Shown here: piece by piece, positions 55,418-64,000 of the stretch
Position numbering within the stretch: the first letter of the stretch is position 1
How the letters are laid out: each line of letters starts with the position of its first letter
Source: Dehalococcoidales bacterium
Lineage (GTDB): Bacteria > Chloroflexota > Dehalococcoidia > Dehalococcoidales > Fen-1064
Length of the DNA stretch: 64,000 nucleotides
Reading direction: 5' to 3'
Assembly (NCBI GenBank): GCA_020342155.1
Contig: CP070842.1
Coordinates: forward strand, 1,108,594 to 1,172,593
Program-made: the position numbers and the translations under genes
The notes under the pieces: generated by a model
What the model saw: only the letters and a program-made list of their open reading frames with translations
Told to the model about the DNA's origin: nothing
Database searches by the model: none

Positions 55418-56659
55418 ATGGGTATATTAGGTTCAAAAGATAAAAACAATTCATCCAATGCGCCAGAGGAAGTAAAACAGGCACGACGTAAGCACATCGA
55501 ATTACTTGGCCGGGAATTCAGTATCGTCAAGGACGGACTCGACCCGGAAGAGGTCGCCAATTTCCTGGAGACGACTGCTGGCTCAAGCGAAGCTGCCTTC
55601 AAGCGACTGAACCAATTCACTGCCTTCCAGTCAGTTGCCAAAACGATGGAGGAATCGATACAGGAGGCCAGACAGCTGGCAGAGCATGCCAAGGCACAGG
55701 CTAAACTAGAAGTTCAGCGTGAGAGGACCAAAGCAACCGAGGAGGTAAGGCAGCAGGTTTCCGCGATTCTGGACCAAACAACGAGGAGCTGCGTTGCCTC
55801 TGTTGATGATATCCATTCGGTCCTTCTGGAAGCTATCGCCAGGACCGAAGAAATCCAGCGGGAAGCTTTCCAAAGAACCAGAGAAATGGTCGCTACCAAT
55901 CTGGCGGAAATTCATCAGAATATCCAGGATGCAGTGGATGGAAATAACTATCAGGTAGACTCGGGTATTGAAGTTCGCGAGGAAGTGTCCGAACTGCCGG
56001 TTGAGGTGGCTGACACCATTGACACTGCCGACGAAAGTGAGATCGAAGATGCTGAGTCTGAGGAGGAACCAGCTTTCGATTTGGCAAATCTGCAAGAGAG
56101 CCTGATGAGCCTTGAGGCGAGCCTGTCAAATCTGAGCGAGAGCAAGAACGCGTTTGAGCAGACTCCTGAGATAACAACCGCAGTCCTGGAAGAATCAGAC
56201 GAACAGGAACTGGATGACGTTGAGGATGGCGAAGAGGATAGTGTAGAGAGTGAAAATGATAGTCTGTTGGATACCATCCATCCATACAGCGGTGAAGTAA
56301 CTGTGGAAATCACCGGTGGCGCTGAGGAATCATGGATGCAGGAACTAAGGCAGCGAATGAGTGACATACCTGGTGCCCGGATTCGGGCAGAATCCGGTGT
56401 AGATGAGAAGACAACTATGGTGAGTCTCTCGTTGGATGAGCCCATTAAGCTGTTCCCGATACTGCTGTCGCTACCAAGAGTTAACAGGGTGATACCGGGT
56501 CGGCTAAACGGGGGGTCTGCAGACAAGACAAAATTGAGGCTATGGCCAAAAGCTAAGAAGAATTCTCAACAGAACACCATTACAGTAGAGCTCACCGCGA
56601 ATGGCCTCACCGAACCCTCCATGGTGGAGTCAGAGGATGACATGATAGCAGCGAGCTGA
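55418..56659 (+). CDS. acidic coiled-coil protein with DivIVA-like N-terminal motif
   Basis: LGREFSIVKDGLDPEEVANFLE resembles the DivIVA F..x.RGY..eEVd.FL motif. A long Glu/Asp-rich helical region follows. Confidence 0.45.
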   Translation: MGILGSKDKNNSSNAPEEVKQARRKHIELLGREFSIVKDGLDPEEVANFLETTAGSSEAAFKRLNQFTAFQSVAKTMEESIQEARQLAEHAKAQAKLEVQRERTKATEEVRQQVSAILDQTTRSCVASVDDIHSVLLEAIARTEEIQREAFQRTREMVATNLAEIHQNIQDAVDGNNYQVDSGIEVREEVSELPVEVADTIDTADESEIEDAESEEEPAFDLANLQESLMSLEASLSNLSESKNAFEQTPEITTAVLEESDEQELDDVEDGEEDSVESENDSLLDTIHPYSGEVTVEITGGAEESWMQELRQRMSDIPGARIRAESGVDEKTTMVSLSLDEPIKLFPILLSLPRVNRVIPGRLNGGSADKTKLRLWPKAKKNSQQNTITVELTANGLTEPSMVESEDDMIAAS

Positions 56660-56798
56660 ACTATCTATTTGTTTTGACATCAGGTTTTGAACCGACAGGG
56701 CCTGGCAGAAATCTGTCAGGCCTTTTAACGTTGACAACCGGACGTACAATGACTAGACTGTGAATCTGCCGGACAACGTAATCCTGGAGGAGGCTACT

Positions 56799-57260
56799 AT
56801 GAATAATCTGGTGAAAACGTTGATTATACCCTTGGTTCTATTGGTTATCGTATTTGTAGCATGTAAATTTGAACCGATGACCTTCGACGACGAACCCGAG
56901 GACGAACCGCTTGACTTTGAGAATATAGAGTGGGTTCTGGAGTCCTTTGGCGAGCCAGGGAATATCCGGCTGGTAATAGAGGGTTCCGCAATCACAGCAT
57001 CTTTTAGTAGTGCCACACACGAAGTAAGTGGGTCGGCAGGATGCAACTACTATTCCGGTGATTATGAGGCTGATAACAGCGAGCTTTCCATTCCAGCAGT
57101 GGGGAACACAGAGATGGCCTGCATGGAGCCGGAAGGTGTCATGGAGCAGGAACAACAGTATTTACGATTGCTGATATTGGTCGAGAGCTATGAAACCGAT
57201 GACGGTCAATTACGCATTACATGTTCCGACGGCAGTGTAATGGTCTTTGCAGGCGACTAA
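56799..57260 (+). CDS. META-domain (HslJ-like) lipoprotein
   Basis: The ATG follows GGAGGAGG. The signal has a lipobox-like VFVAC. META patterns are WVLESF....GSAGCNYYSG.Y.....L.I....T.MAC. Confidence 0.7.
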   Translation: MNNLVKTLIIPLVLLVIVFVACKFEPMTFDDEPEDEPLDFENIEWVLESFGEPGNIRLVIEGSAITASFSSATHEVSGSAGCNYYSGDYEADNSELSIPAVGNTEMACMEPEGVMEQEQQYLRLLILVESYETDDGQLRITCSDGSVMVFAGD

Positions 57261-57271
57261 AGGAGTGTATC

Positions 57272-57682
57272 GTGATATACCGTTTTAGCATCAGGACCGG
57301 TGGCGGGATTGAATTCCAGGATATCACCGGGACGGTCCGCGATACGATTTCGTCCAGCGGTGTCAAAAACGGTGTCTGCCACGTTTTTGTACCGCATACC
57401 ACCGCCGGAATCACCATAAACGAGCATGCCGACCCATCGGTTGTCGACGATATTGTGGCACAACTGGACAAAATGGTGCCTCAGCACGGTGGTTACCGTC
57501 ATCTGGAGGGTAATTCTCCCGCTCATATCAAAGCAAGCTTGACTGGTAGCTCCCAGACCCTGTTTGTGGAGGACGGCCGACTGGTACTGGGTACGTGGCA
57601 GGGAGTATTCTTCTGCGAGTTTGACGGCCCGAGAAACCGGTCGCTGCTCATCAAGATTGTGCCTGACAGCACACCTGGATGA
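57272..57682 (+). CDS. YjbQ/UPF0047-family protein (secondary thiamine-phosphate synthase type)
   Basis: The GTG start follows AAGGAG. Family motifs are FQDITGTV, HVFVPHTTAGITINEHADPSV, and GNSPAHIKASLTGSS....DGRLVLGTWQG. Confidence 0.8.
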   Translation: MIYRFSIRTGGGIEFQDITGTVRDTISSSGVKNGVCHVFVPHTTAGITINEHADPSVVDDIVAQLDKMVPQHGGYRHLEGNSPAHIKASLTGSSQTLFVEDGRLVLGTWQGVFFCEFDGPRNRSLLIKIVPDSTPG

Positions 57683-57716
57683 CACTGACTGCACGAGTCC
57701 TGATTAACCTCAAGGA

Positions 57717-59408
57717 TTACTTGTCTTCGTAAGGCAGCACTACAATCCCGCCCACCGTGATCGCCAGCATAATCTTATCACCAGGAGCTGTCTGTATATC
57801 GCTGACCAGCTTATCAATCTCCCCATCAGACAGGACAGGCACAGGTGATTCCCCAAGTTGGCGTAGTAGGCGTATGCGAGTATTAAGCCTAGCTTCAATC
57901 CTGGAGACCACGTCCGCTGCCGACTCATCGGCTATCATAGTAACTCTCTTGCGCAGCTGAACTGTCTCGGCCCCGGAACGTCTATCCTGCTGTAAAATAC
58001 GCCAGTGGTAGACAAGCACGGGGAGCGGTATGACAAGTGTTTGCAGACTCCACTTGGCACCTCGCAGGACTTCTACGCCAAACGTCCCCTGGAGCAGGCC
58101 ATTAATTAACTGATAGACAATGTTTACCAAGTCTGCAGCCAGTGTTATCATGGCTATCCCCAAAACCACATACAGAAAAACGCGCCGTGACCTCGCTCCC
58201 CGCTCCGCCACTCCCCCTTCATCCGTCAGCCGCAGCACACCTCTCCAGTAATACATCCAGATAGGCATACCAACCAATATCAACGCCAGGGAAAGACTGA
58301 GCTGGCTCTGCCACCATTGTGACGTGACCACGGCTGGACCGCTGGCTGCCCTGATCCAGAGGTCGAGGAGTATCCCTATCAACAGTATCAGTCCCGTAAT
58401 CAGCGCACCCAGGCTGAGGAAAGACATAAGATAGTGAAGAACCCGTCGGGCTGAAAGCCGCTGCTGCTGCACCTGAGCTACCTCTTCCTGCACTGCCCGC
58501 TGGTGATAGACCCAGATAACAGCCATTACAACCATGGTGGGAATTGTCCAGCTCAGGAAGAAGAAATCAGTACTAGCAATATCAACCACCCCACCGAAAG
58601 CCATTTCGAATAAGGCGAACAGGATGGTTATCAGTGCTGCCAGCCCGGCGATCGTGCTACCGGTTATGACCAGCAGATACAAGTAGACCTGGCGTAGAGT
58701 AGAATCTGCGTCACCTCTGGCCATGCGGAACCAGTGAAAATACCAACTAGAACCACCGACTAATATCCAGACCAGGGGTCCCTGGACACCCCCATCCCAG
58801 AATTCACCTATACTCCTATGTCCCCACACCGGCAGGTGATAGATGGCAGCATCGAGAAATTGGATTAGACACATGGCTAACGCCCCCAAGCTGAAAGCCG
58901 ACAACCCATACACATACCAGCGCCTCAATGTCCTGGCAGCGGCTGAAGGCTGTCCTTCCTGCTCCTGGACCCGCCAGTGGTAGTACCACATGCCACCAGC
59001 TACAATCAACACGGTCAGTACCCCCGACGGGAACCCTCTGAGCGGCACACCGGCCATAATCCAGTCCAAGAAACCGGCAGCGCCGGATAGGCCTATCGGT
59101 GCTGCCACCAACAGAATTATATTCAGGTATAGCTTGCGTATCGCTGAACCTATCTCAGCGGAGTTACCGGAGACCTGTTTCTGGATGGCCCTCCAGAACA
59201 GGAACCAGAGGACTCCACCTATGATCAGCATAGCCAGACCAAGGCTGAGCTGCCCCCTGTCAAAGCTCCACCTCCCAGCCAGCGTTAAGGTGCTCTCTCT
59301 GACGATTATGTCGAGGCAGAGGCGCAGTAGGATGCCGACACCGGCGGCAAACATACCCAGAGTAACCAGGGAGACCGTATAGAAAAAGACCCTCCTGACA
59401 GTGCTCAT
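57717..59408 (-). CDS. large polytopic membrane protein with a repeated helix-pair architecture
   Basis: It is 563 aa. W/Y-rich paired TM helices recur (…WYYHWRV…, …WYFHWFRM…, …VYHQRAV…, …YYWRGV…, …VYHWRIL…). The soluble C-terminal tail is about 80 aa. Confidence 0.55.
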   Translation of the reverse strand: MSTVRRVFFYTVSLVTLGMFAAGVGILLRLCLDIIVRESTLTLAGRWSFDRGQLSLGLAMLIIGGVLWFLFWRAIQKQVSGNSAEIGSAIRKLYLNIILLVAAPIGLSGAAGFLDWIMAGVPLRGFPSGVLTVLIVAGGMWYYHWRVQEQEGQPSAAARTLRRWYVYGLSAFSLGALAMCLIQFLDAAIYHLPVWGHRSIGEFWDGGVQGPLVWILVGGSSWYFHWFRMARGDADSTLRQVYLYLLVITGSTIAGLAALITILFALFEMAFGGVVDIASTDFFFLSWTIPTMVVMAVIWVYHQRAVQEEVAQVQQQRLSARRVLHYLMSFLSLGALITGLILLIGILLDLWIRAASGPAVVTSQWWQSQLSLSLALILVGMPIWMYYWRGVLRLTDEGGVAERGARSRRVFLYVVLGIAMITLAADLVNIVYQLINGLLQGTFGVEVLRGAKWSLQTLVIPLPVLVYHWRILQQDRRSGAETVQLRKRVTMIADESAADVVSRIEARLNTRIRLLRQLGESPVPVLSDGEIDKLVSDIQTAPGDKIMLAITVGGIVVLPYEDK

Positions 59409-59444
59409 CTGACTCTCCTTATTCTGCCATTAGATATTTAATTA

Positions 59445-59912
59445 TTAGAAGAGGAACCACAAACCAGTAGGCGATATTATACCCCATGAGTCTCCTTCTT
59501 GCTGCAAGTGGAAAATGAGTTGTCGAGTACGTATCGGATCTACAAGGTCTAAAATAGGAGTACTGGGGTAGAAACGAGTGTATGTAACCTCCACTGTGGC
59601 CCCATAGCTCACCACCGAAGATTCTCCCAATGTGACTGTCCACGCAGGCTCTTCCTGGTACCAGCTCATCGATGGAACCCATAATTGATAGGACCTCTCT
59701 GCACGAACTGTCGAGTGTAGATAGCTGTATGCCTCCTCGTAGTCTTCGTCTTCGAGGGCCAGGAAAAATCTCTGCACCACGCCCTCGGGCGTATCTTCCG
59801 GTAACAGAGTGGTGCTTCCCCCACCCACAGTCAGGACCAACACTACGGCCACCACTACCAGAATCCCGATGGCACTCCCAGAAATGATTACAAACCGATT
59901 GGAAGCTTTCAT
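59445..59912 (-). CDS. membrane-anchored hypothetical protein
   Basis: It has one N-terminal TM helix followed by a soluble domain. It lies immediately upstream of, and co-oriented with, the 563-aa membrane protein. Confidence 0.45.
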   Translation of the reverse strand: MKASNRFVIISGSAIGILVVVAVVLVLTVGGGSTTLLPEDTPEGVVQRFFLALEDEDYEEAYSYLHSTVRAERSYQLWVPSMSWYQEEPAWTVTLGESSVVSYGATVEVTYTRFYPSTPILDLVDPIRTRQLIFHLQQEGDSWGIISPTGLWFLF

Positions 59913-60149
59913 AATCCTACTAACTCCGAGGACATCTCATGAGGAACGTCTCCGTGCTGAATCGGTGCCCATAGTCTATGGTGCAAGTCCTGGATTGTCA
60001 AGTTACCATGGTACCATGGGTAGCTGGTCTAGGTTCCTTGACAATCTCCGAGTAAGGACTTAACATAGCCAGTGGGAAACCGGTACACGCGAGCGTAGAC
60101 ATGAAGGTAGCTTGGCCGCTACCACAGGAGATTAAGGAAACTTTATACA

Positions 60150-60872
60150 ATGCCCGAACCCATCGTCATTGAGAACCTGAGCAAGTACTACAACAAATTC
60201 CTCGCTGTTGATAGCCTGAGCCTGAGTGTAACCGAGAATAGTAATGTCGGACTCCTCGGCCCCAACGGTGCTGGCAAGAGCACCACCCTCAAGATAATGT
60301 GCGGCCTTATTCGTGCCTCCTCCGGTACGGTCTATATCGATGGTATCAGTGTCTCCGAGAAGCCGGTGCAGGCCCTTTCCCGAATAGGGGCCATCATCGA
60401 GACGCCGGAGTTCTATACTTACCTCACGCCTGAAGAAACACTCAGCTACCTCGGCAGACTTCGGGGAATGAATGGTGACGAGTTAAGACAGCGGATAGCG
60501 GAAGTAATCAGGCTTGTCAGGTTGGAAGAATGGAGCGCCGTAAGGATAGAGAAATTTTCGCGGGGGATGAAGCAGCGCCTTGCCCTGGCGCAGACCCTGC
60601 TGCATGACCCGCCGGTCCTTATCCTGGATGAACCGGCTTTGGGGCTCGACCCCAGGGGAGTGGTCGAATTCCGGGAGCTTATCGAAGAAGTAGGCAGGGA
60701 GAAGACGGTATTCTTTGCCTCGCATCAGCTCGTCGAGGTTGCCCAGATTTGTGAAGAGGTCGCCATTATAGACCGCGGTCATCTGCTTGCCTACGACAAG
60801 ATTACCCAGCTGGAAGAGAAATACCAGTCGCTGGAGAGCGCCTACCTGCAGCTGACGGGAGAGGTTCTTTGA
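60150..60872 (+). CDS. ABC transporter ATP-binding protein
   Basis: It has Walker A GPNGAGKST, the signature FSRGMKQR, and Walker B LILDEP. Confidence 0.9.
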   Translation: MPEPIVIENLSKYYNKFLAVDSLSLSVTENSNVGLLGPNGAGKSTTLKIMCGLIRASSGTVYIDGISVSEKPVQALSRIGAIIETPEFYTYLTPEETLSYLGRLRGMNGDELRQRIAEVIRLVRLEEWSAVRIEKFSRGMKQRLALAQTLLHDPPVLILDEPALGLDPRGVVEFRELIEEVGREKTVFFASHQLVEVAQICEEVAIIDRGHLLAYDKITQLEEKYQSLESAYLQLTGEVL

Positions 60873-61672
60873 GCGAGTTCGAAAAGCTGAGGGTGGTTAC
60901 CGGCTACGAATTCCTGAAACACATTCGGAGAAGACGGCTGTACATCATTCTTGGGCTTACGATTCTAGTGGAGGCGGCCGTCCTTATCGCTGTGCCACTG
61001 TTGATGGAGGAAGGCTACCCGGACAACGTCATGGTAATGGCTGCCATGCTTTCAATCGGGCCGAGCCTGGCGACGATCGGGGCTGTCTTCTTCGCCGGAG
61101 ACGCTATCGCCGGTGAGTTTGAAGGTAAGACCGGCTTCATACTTTTCACAAATCCGGTGAGGCGAATCACGCTGGTGACAGGCAAGTATCTCGCCGGCCT
61201 GGCAGCGGTGGCATTGCTCATCGTTCTGGGATACGTGATTGTATCTATTTCCCTCCTGATAATATACGGCACTGTCCCGGTAGAGACAGCCAAGTCATTT
61301 GGACTGTGCCTCCTCTATGGTGGCAGCGTGCTGTCGGTGACCTTTTTCTTCAGTTCGATATCTAAGGGGGCAATGGGTGCTACCGTTATCACGCTCGTCT
61401 TCATCATGGTCGTCTCTGCGATTGTCGACAGTATCCTCATTATGGCCGATAAGCCACACTGGTTTCTCCTGTCGACCAACGGGGACAGCATCGCCACCGT
61501 CTACGGCGGATACGAGCTGTTCCTGGAAGGATTCCCGATGGCAGGCATGAATATCCCATCCCAATGGTTCAAAAGTCCCGATATCAGTCTTATGATTGTC
61601 TCCATGATAATCTACCTGGTGGTGGGTTTCGTCCTGAGCGTCTGGATAAGCAGAAGGCGACAGTTAGCTTAG
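60869..61672 (+). CDS. ABC-2-type permease
   Basis: The start overlaps the ATPase stop codon. There are about six TM helices. Confidence 0.7.
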   Translation: MSEFEKLRVVTGYEFLKHIRRRRLYIILGLTILVEAAVLIAVPLLMEEGYPDNVMVMAAMLSIGPSLATIGAVFFAGDAIAGEFEGKTGFILFTNPVRRITLVTGKYLAGLAAVALLIVLGYVIVSISLLIIYGTVPVETAKSFGLCLLYGGSVLSVTFFFSSISKGAMGATVITLVFIMVVSAIVDSILIMADKPHWFLLSTNGDSIATVYGGYELFLEGFPMAGMNIPSQWFKSPDISLMIVSMIIYLVVGFVLSVWISRRRQLA

Positions 61673-61783
61673 CCCGGAATAGGCATCACCTCCCCTAAAC
61701 AACAAAAAGAGCACCAGTTAAAGCCATTCACTCTGACAATTCCGGTACCCTTTACGTAATTCTCCACGCCCTCATAATCCTCA

Positions 61784-62371
61784 TCAATAATTTATTAACC
61801 GCGAATCGAGTAAGTGCTGTGCCATCGTTTGGCAACACCCCCATAATGAGTTCAAGTCTGCAGTGTCTCTCTTGAGTATATCGTGTTGATTGTACATCAC
61901 TATTACCCAACACATGTGGTCGCTGTTGGTATATATATTAATATTGTCAACTAGCGCCTTATTATATGCTAGCGAAAGGTCACCATTTAGACGGTCAATC
62001 AGTCCTGAACCCATGTCATTTCCTTTCCAACACGTCTCAGTGACAGCGCCGAATATTGGGAATGTCTTCTTGTAAAATGATTTCACTCTCAGCTTTAAGA
62101 AATCCGACGTGAGCCTGAGATCAGGCACTCCAAAGATGAAGTAGTGACTACCGCCGGGTCCCCCTTCTCCCCCACGATAAGCTACGCAGATCCACTTAAT
62201 AGGGCCTTTCGAAATATCAATTATCCCTTTAGACCCACGCCCGAAGACCTTCTCTTCTGTTCGTCCTCGCTCTGATAAGCTAGCCTGTACCCCCAAAGAC
62301 TGCAGCATAGTACACAAGTCTTCCCTCGTAGTGTCCCGAAGAGTCTCCTTTGCTTTTCTTAAGAGTTCCAT
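61784..62371 (-). CDS. hypothetical protein (195 aa), AT-rich orphan
   Basis: The RBS is GACGGAGGTAAC. I recognise no motif. The composition is visibly AT-richer than its neighbours. Confidence 0.45.
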   Translation of the reverse strand: MELLRKAKETLRDTTREDLCTMLQSLGVQASLSERGRTEEKVFGRGSKGIIDISKGPIKWICVAYRGGEGGPGGSHYFIFGVPDLRLTSDFLKLRVKSFYKKTFPIFGAVTETCWKGNDMGSGLIDRLNGDLSLAYNKALVDNINIYTNSDHMCWVIVMYNQHDILKRDTADLNSLWGCCQTMAQHLLDSRLINY

Positions 62372-62558
62372 GACAGTTACCTCCGTCTAACCAAATGTCA
62401 TAACGAGGCTCTACAACAATAAGAAAAGCATTAGTCACCGTAACCAAACGGTTAACCAATGCCCTTTAATCTTCCACCACCCACCTCCCGACTTATATTC
62501 AGAGGTCGGGCATGGTCGGGTATTAGTGATGTATGTTAAGAATTGTACTGGGGGATTG

Positions 62559-62587
62559 ATTGTAGTCCTTTGGAGGGCTGTTGTCAA
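62559..62587 (-). promoter_or_regulatory. near-consensus sigma70 promoter TTGACA-17-TACAAT
   Basis: Read on the minus strand. It lies about 190 nt upstream of the ATG at 62371. Confidence 0.55.
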
Positions 62588-62703
62588 TACCTTATCCGGC
62601 ATGACCCTAGGTGATCTTTCGGCGTGATGGCGGCCGTACGGGTATACGGCAAAAAGGCAACGCCCGAATGCCTTATGGGCTGAGCTACGAGTATCAAAAA
62701 AGG

Positions 62704-64000
62704 CTATGTAGTTAGCCACCCATAGAGGGTTGGAAGGCATGCTGGTAGTGACTCGATGTCAGCCAGCACCTCGTACTGCATATCACCGCATATTGTCCCG
62801 AGATAGTCGTGCCCTTCCTGGTCGAAAGTGAGACACAGGGAGGTTACCCCCTTCTGCCTGGCCTCCAGCAGTGCCATCCTCGTATCGTGGATGGCATATT
62901 CTTTCTCAAGCCCTTCCCGACCATAGCTGTGGTCCTCGGGTCGGCCGTCGCTAATGAGGAAAAGGAACTTGCCCTTGGACTCCTGCTGCTCAAGTTTCCA
63001 GGTAGCATGCCGGATAGCCGGTCCCATCCTCGTTCCCCGCTGTGGAATAATGCTGTCAATCCGGCTCTTTACCCGGTCGGAGAAGTCCTCCTCAAGGTCC
63101 TTAATCATGTAGAGTTCTACGTTTTCCCGCCCGTGACTGGAGAAACCGTAGATTCCGTAGCTGTCACCGATTGTCTCCAATGCCCTTATCAGCAGAACGA
63201 TACTCTCCTTCTCGAGGTCGATGATGCGTTTGAACTCTTTTGGCCTGAGCTTACCCTGATGGTCGGACTGGAGCCACTCGAAATAGGTCCGGTAGTCGCT
63301 GGCAAATACCGGACCGATAGAATCTCTCTGTAGCCTATTGATGTATTCGACTGTGGAGGAACTCATATCCAGAAGGAAAGCCACCGATACATCCCGCTCT
63401 ATCTTATTCCTCCGCCAGTAAATTTTGGCATCCGAGCCATGCCCGGCTTTCTTCCCGATAACGAAGTCCACCAACGCATCGAGGTCGAAATCCTCACCGT
63501 CGTGGAGTCGTTTAACCTTGCGACGAGCCCGGGGATTCAGTTGCTCAAATCGCCCTCTGATTTCGGCGACCAACCGGGCATACTCATCGAGGGTAGCCTC
63601 GAAAAAGTCGGGAGTACCTTCCGCTAACGGCATCTCCCGTACCCGGCACCACCTTAACCGATAATCGCTGGCCCTGAAGTCCCACTCGTCATAAAGGTAA
63701 GAGAGAGGGCTATCGACCGTAAGGGATTCACCCTCGTTACTGTCATCTTCCTGCTCTGGCTGAGCCTCACTAAATGGGGTATCCTGCTCACTCAATGCGT
63801 TCATCCCGAAGACATGAGTCTCTTCCGGATCATCAGTCGCGGCTGCCAGCTCGCCGATATCAAGAACGTCATTCATCTCTACCGTTTCCGTCGACGCCGG
63901 CCACGGTGAAGACGCATATTTTGTCTCTTCTTCTTCTACACCTGTCGACTCCGCTTCTCTGATTTCGTGAGCAGGCTCAAGCCTGAAAATGCCCCGGTAC
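62704..64000 (-). CDS. vWA-domain protein of the NorD/CobT type, 5' end beyond the window
   Basis: The frame is open to nt 64000. The C-terminal vWA has a MIDAS-like FLLDMSSST, and later FLISDGRPED. Confidence 0.7.
   Translation of the reverse strand, partial: YRGIFRLEPAHEIREAESTGVEEEETKYASSPWPASTETVEMNDVLDIGELAAATDDPEETHVFGMNALSEQDTPFSEAQPEQEDDSNEGESLTVDSPLSYLYDEWDFRASDYRLRWCRVREMPLAEGTPDFFEATLDEYARLVAEIRGRFEQLNPRARRKVKRLHDGEDFDLDALVDFVIGKKAGHGSDAKIYWRRNKIERDVSVAFLLDMSSSTVEYINRLQRDSIGPVFASDYRTYFEWLQSDHQGKLRPKEFKRIIDLEKESIVLLIRALETIGDSYGIYGFSSHGRENVELYMIKDLEEDFSDRVKSRIDSIIPQRGTRMGPAIRHATWKLEQQESKGKFLFLISDGRPEDHSYGREGLEKEYAIHDTRMALLEARQKGVTSLCLTFDQEGHDYLGTICGDMQYEVLADIESLPACLPTLYGWLTT

Noticed and set aside
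62435-62740. The 101-aa minus-strand ORF spanning the leader of the orphan gene.
   Set aside because: It starts inside the 3' end of the vWA gene, runs across the predicted terminator and promoter, and has no RBS. It is most likely non-coding.
1-64000. A CRISPR array, rRNA genes, or intact IS or transposase genes.
   Set aside because: I saw no short regularly spaced direct repeats. The repeat families found are spaced more than 1 kb apart or occur as a single inverted pair. I saw no rRNA-like conserved stretches, and no ORF with transposase or reverse-transcriptase motifs.

Overview
This is a 64-kb bacterial chromosomal segment. It has strong GGAGG-type ribosome-binding sites and frequent GTG/TTG starts. 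The gene content includes family-III CoA-transferases, FmdE plus a molybdopterin oxidoreductase, TIGR04076, many Fe-S proteins, a Hanks kinase, a long-form HPF and a Staygreen homologue. I would only tentatively call this Chloroflexota-like, because taxonomy cannot be verified from here. I support about 70 protein genes, one intact tRNA-Arg(CCT), several relics and three repeat families. All calls come from motif recognition by eye, with no database search.

The most structured region is 12.7-30.9 kb. It contains an intact tRNA-Arg(CCT) at 30782-30858 and a decayed full-length copy of the same tRNA with its upstream block at 12710-12914. Two 43-45 nt copies of the tRNA 3' half lie at 17191 and 19172, and a tyrosine-recombinase C-terminal relic lies at 18264-18380. 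Together these point to serial island accretion. Cargo includes an FmdE/Mo-enzyme module, an AbiV-like gene, a photolyase, an isoprenoid/lipid-type operon and a Staygreen homologue.

Next to the intact tRNA, three single-gene cassettes are punctuated by four direct copies of a short element. That element varies mostly at third codon positions, so it behaves like the tail of a protein-coding gene.

An ArsC/Spx-family gene (26611-26955) carries an in-frame TGA exactly at the first Cys of the CxxC motif, followed by a hairpin. This makes it a selenocysteine candidate.

A pair of roughly 200-300 bp inverted, hairpin-rich repeats (39.9 kb and 43.5 kb) brackets a module of two CoA-transferases and a DsrE-like gene. 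Each copy carries a promoter firing into the module.

Other notable items are a Ser/Thr-kinase fused to a complete Crp/Fnr regulator, a frameshifted queG, a decayed response regulator and an NtdA/NtdC-like amino-sugar cluster with a sucrose-phosphate-synthase-like glycosyltransferase. No CRISPR array, rRNA, intact transposase or intact integrase was seen.
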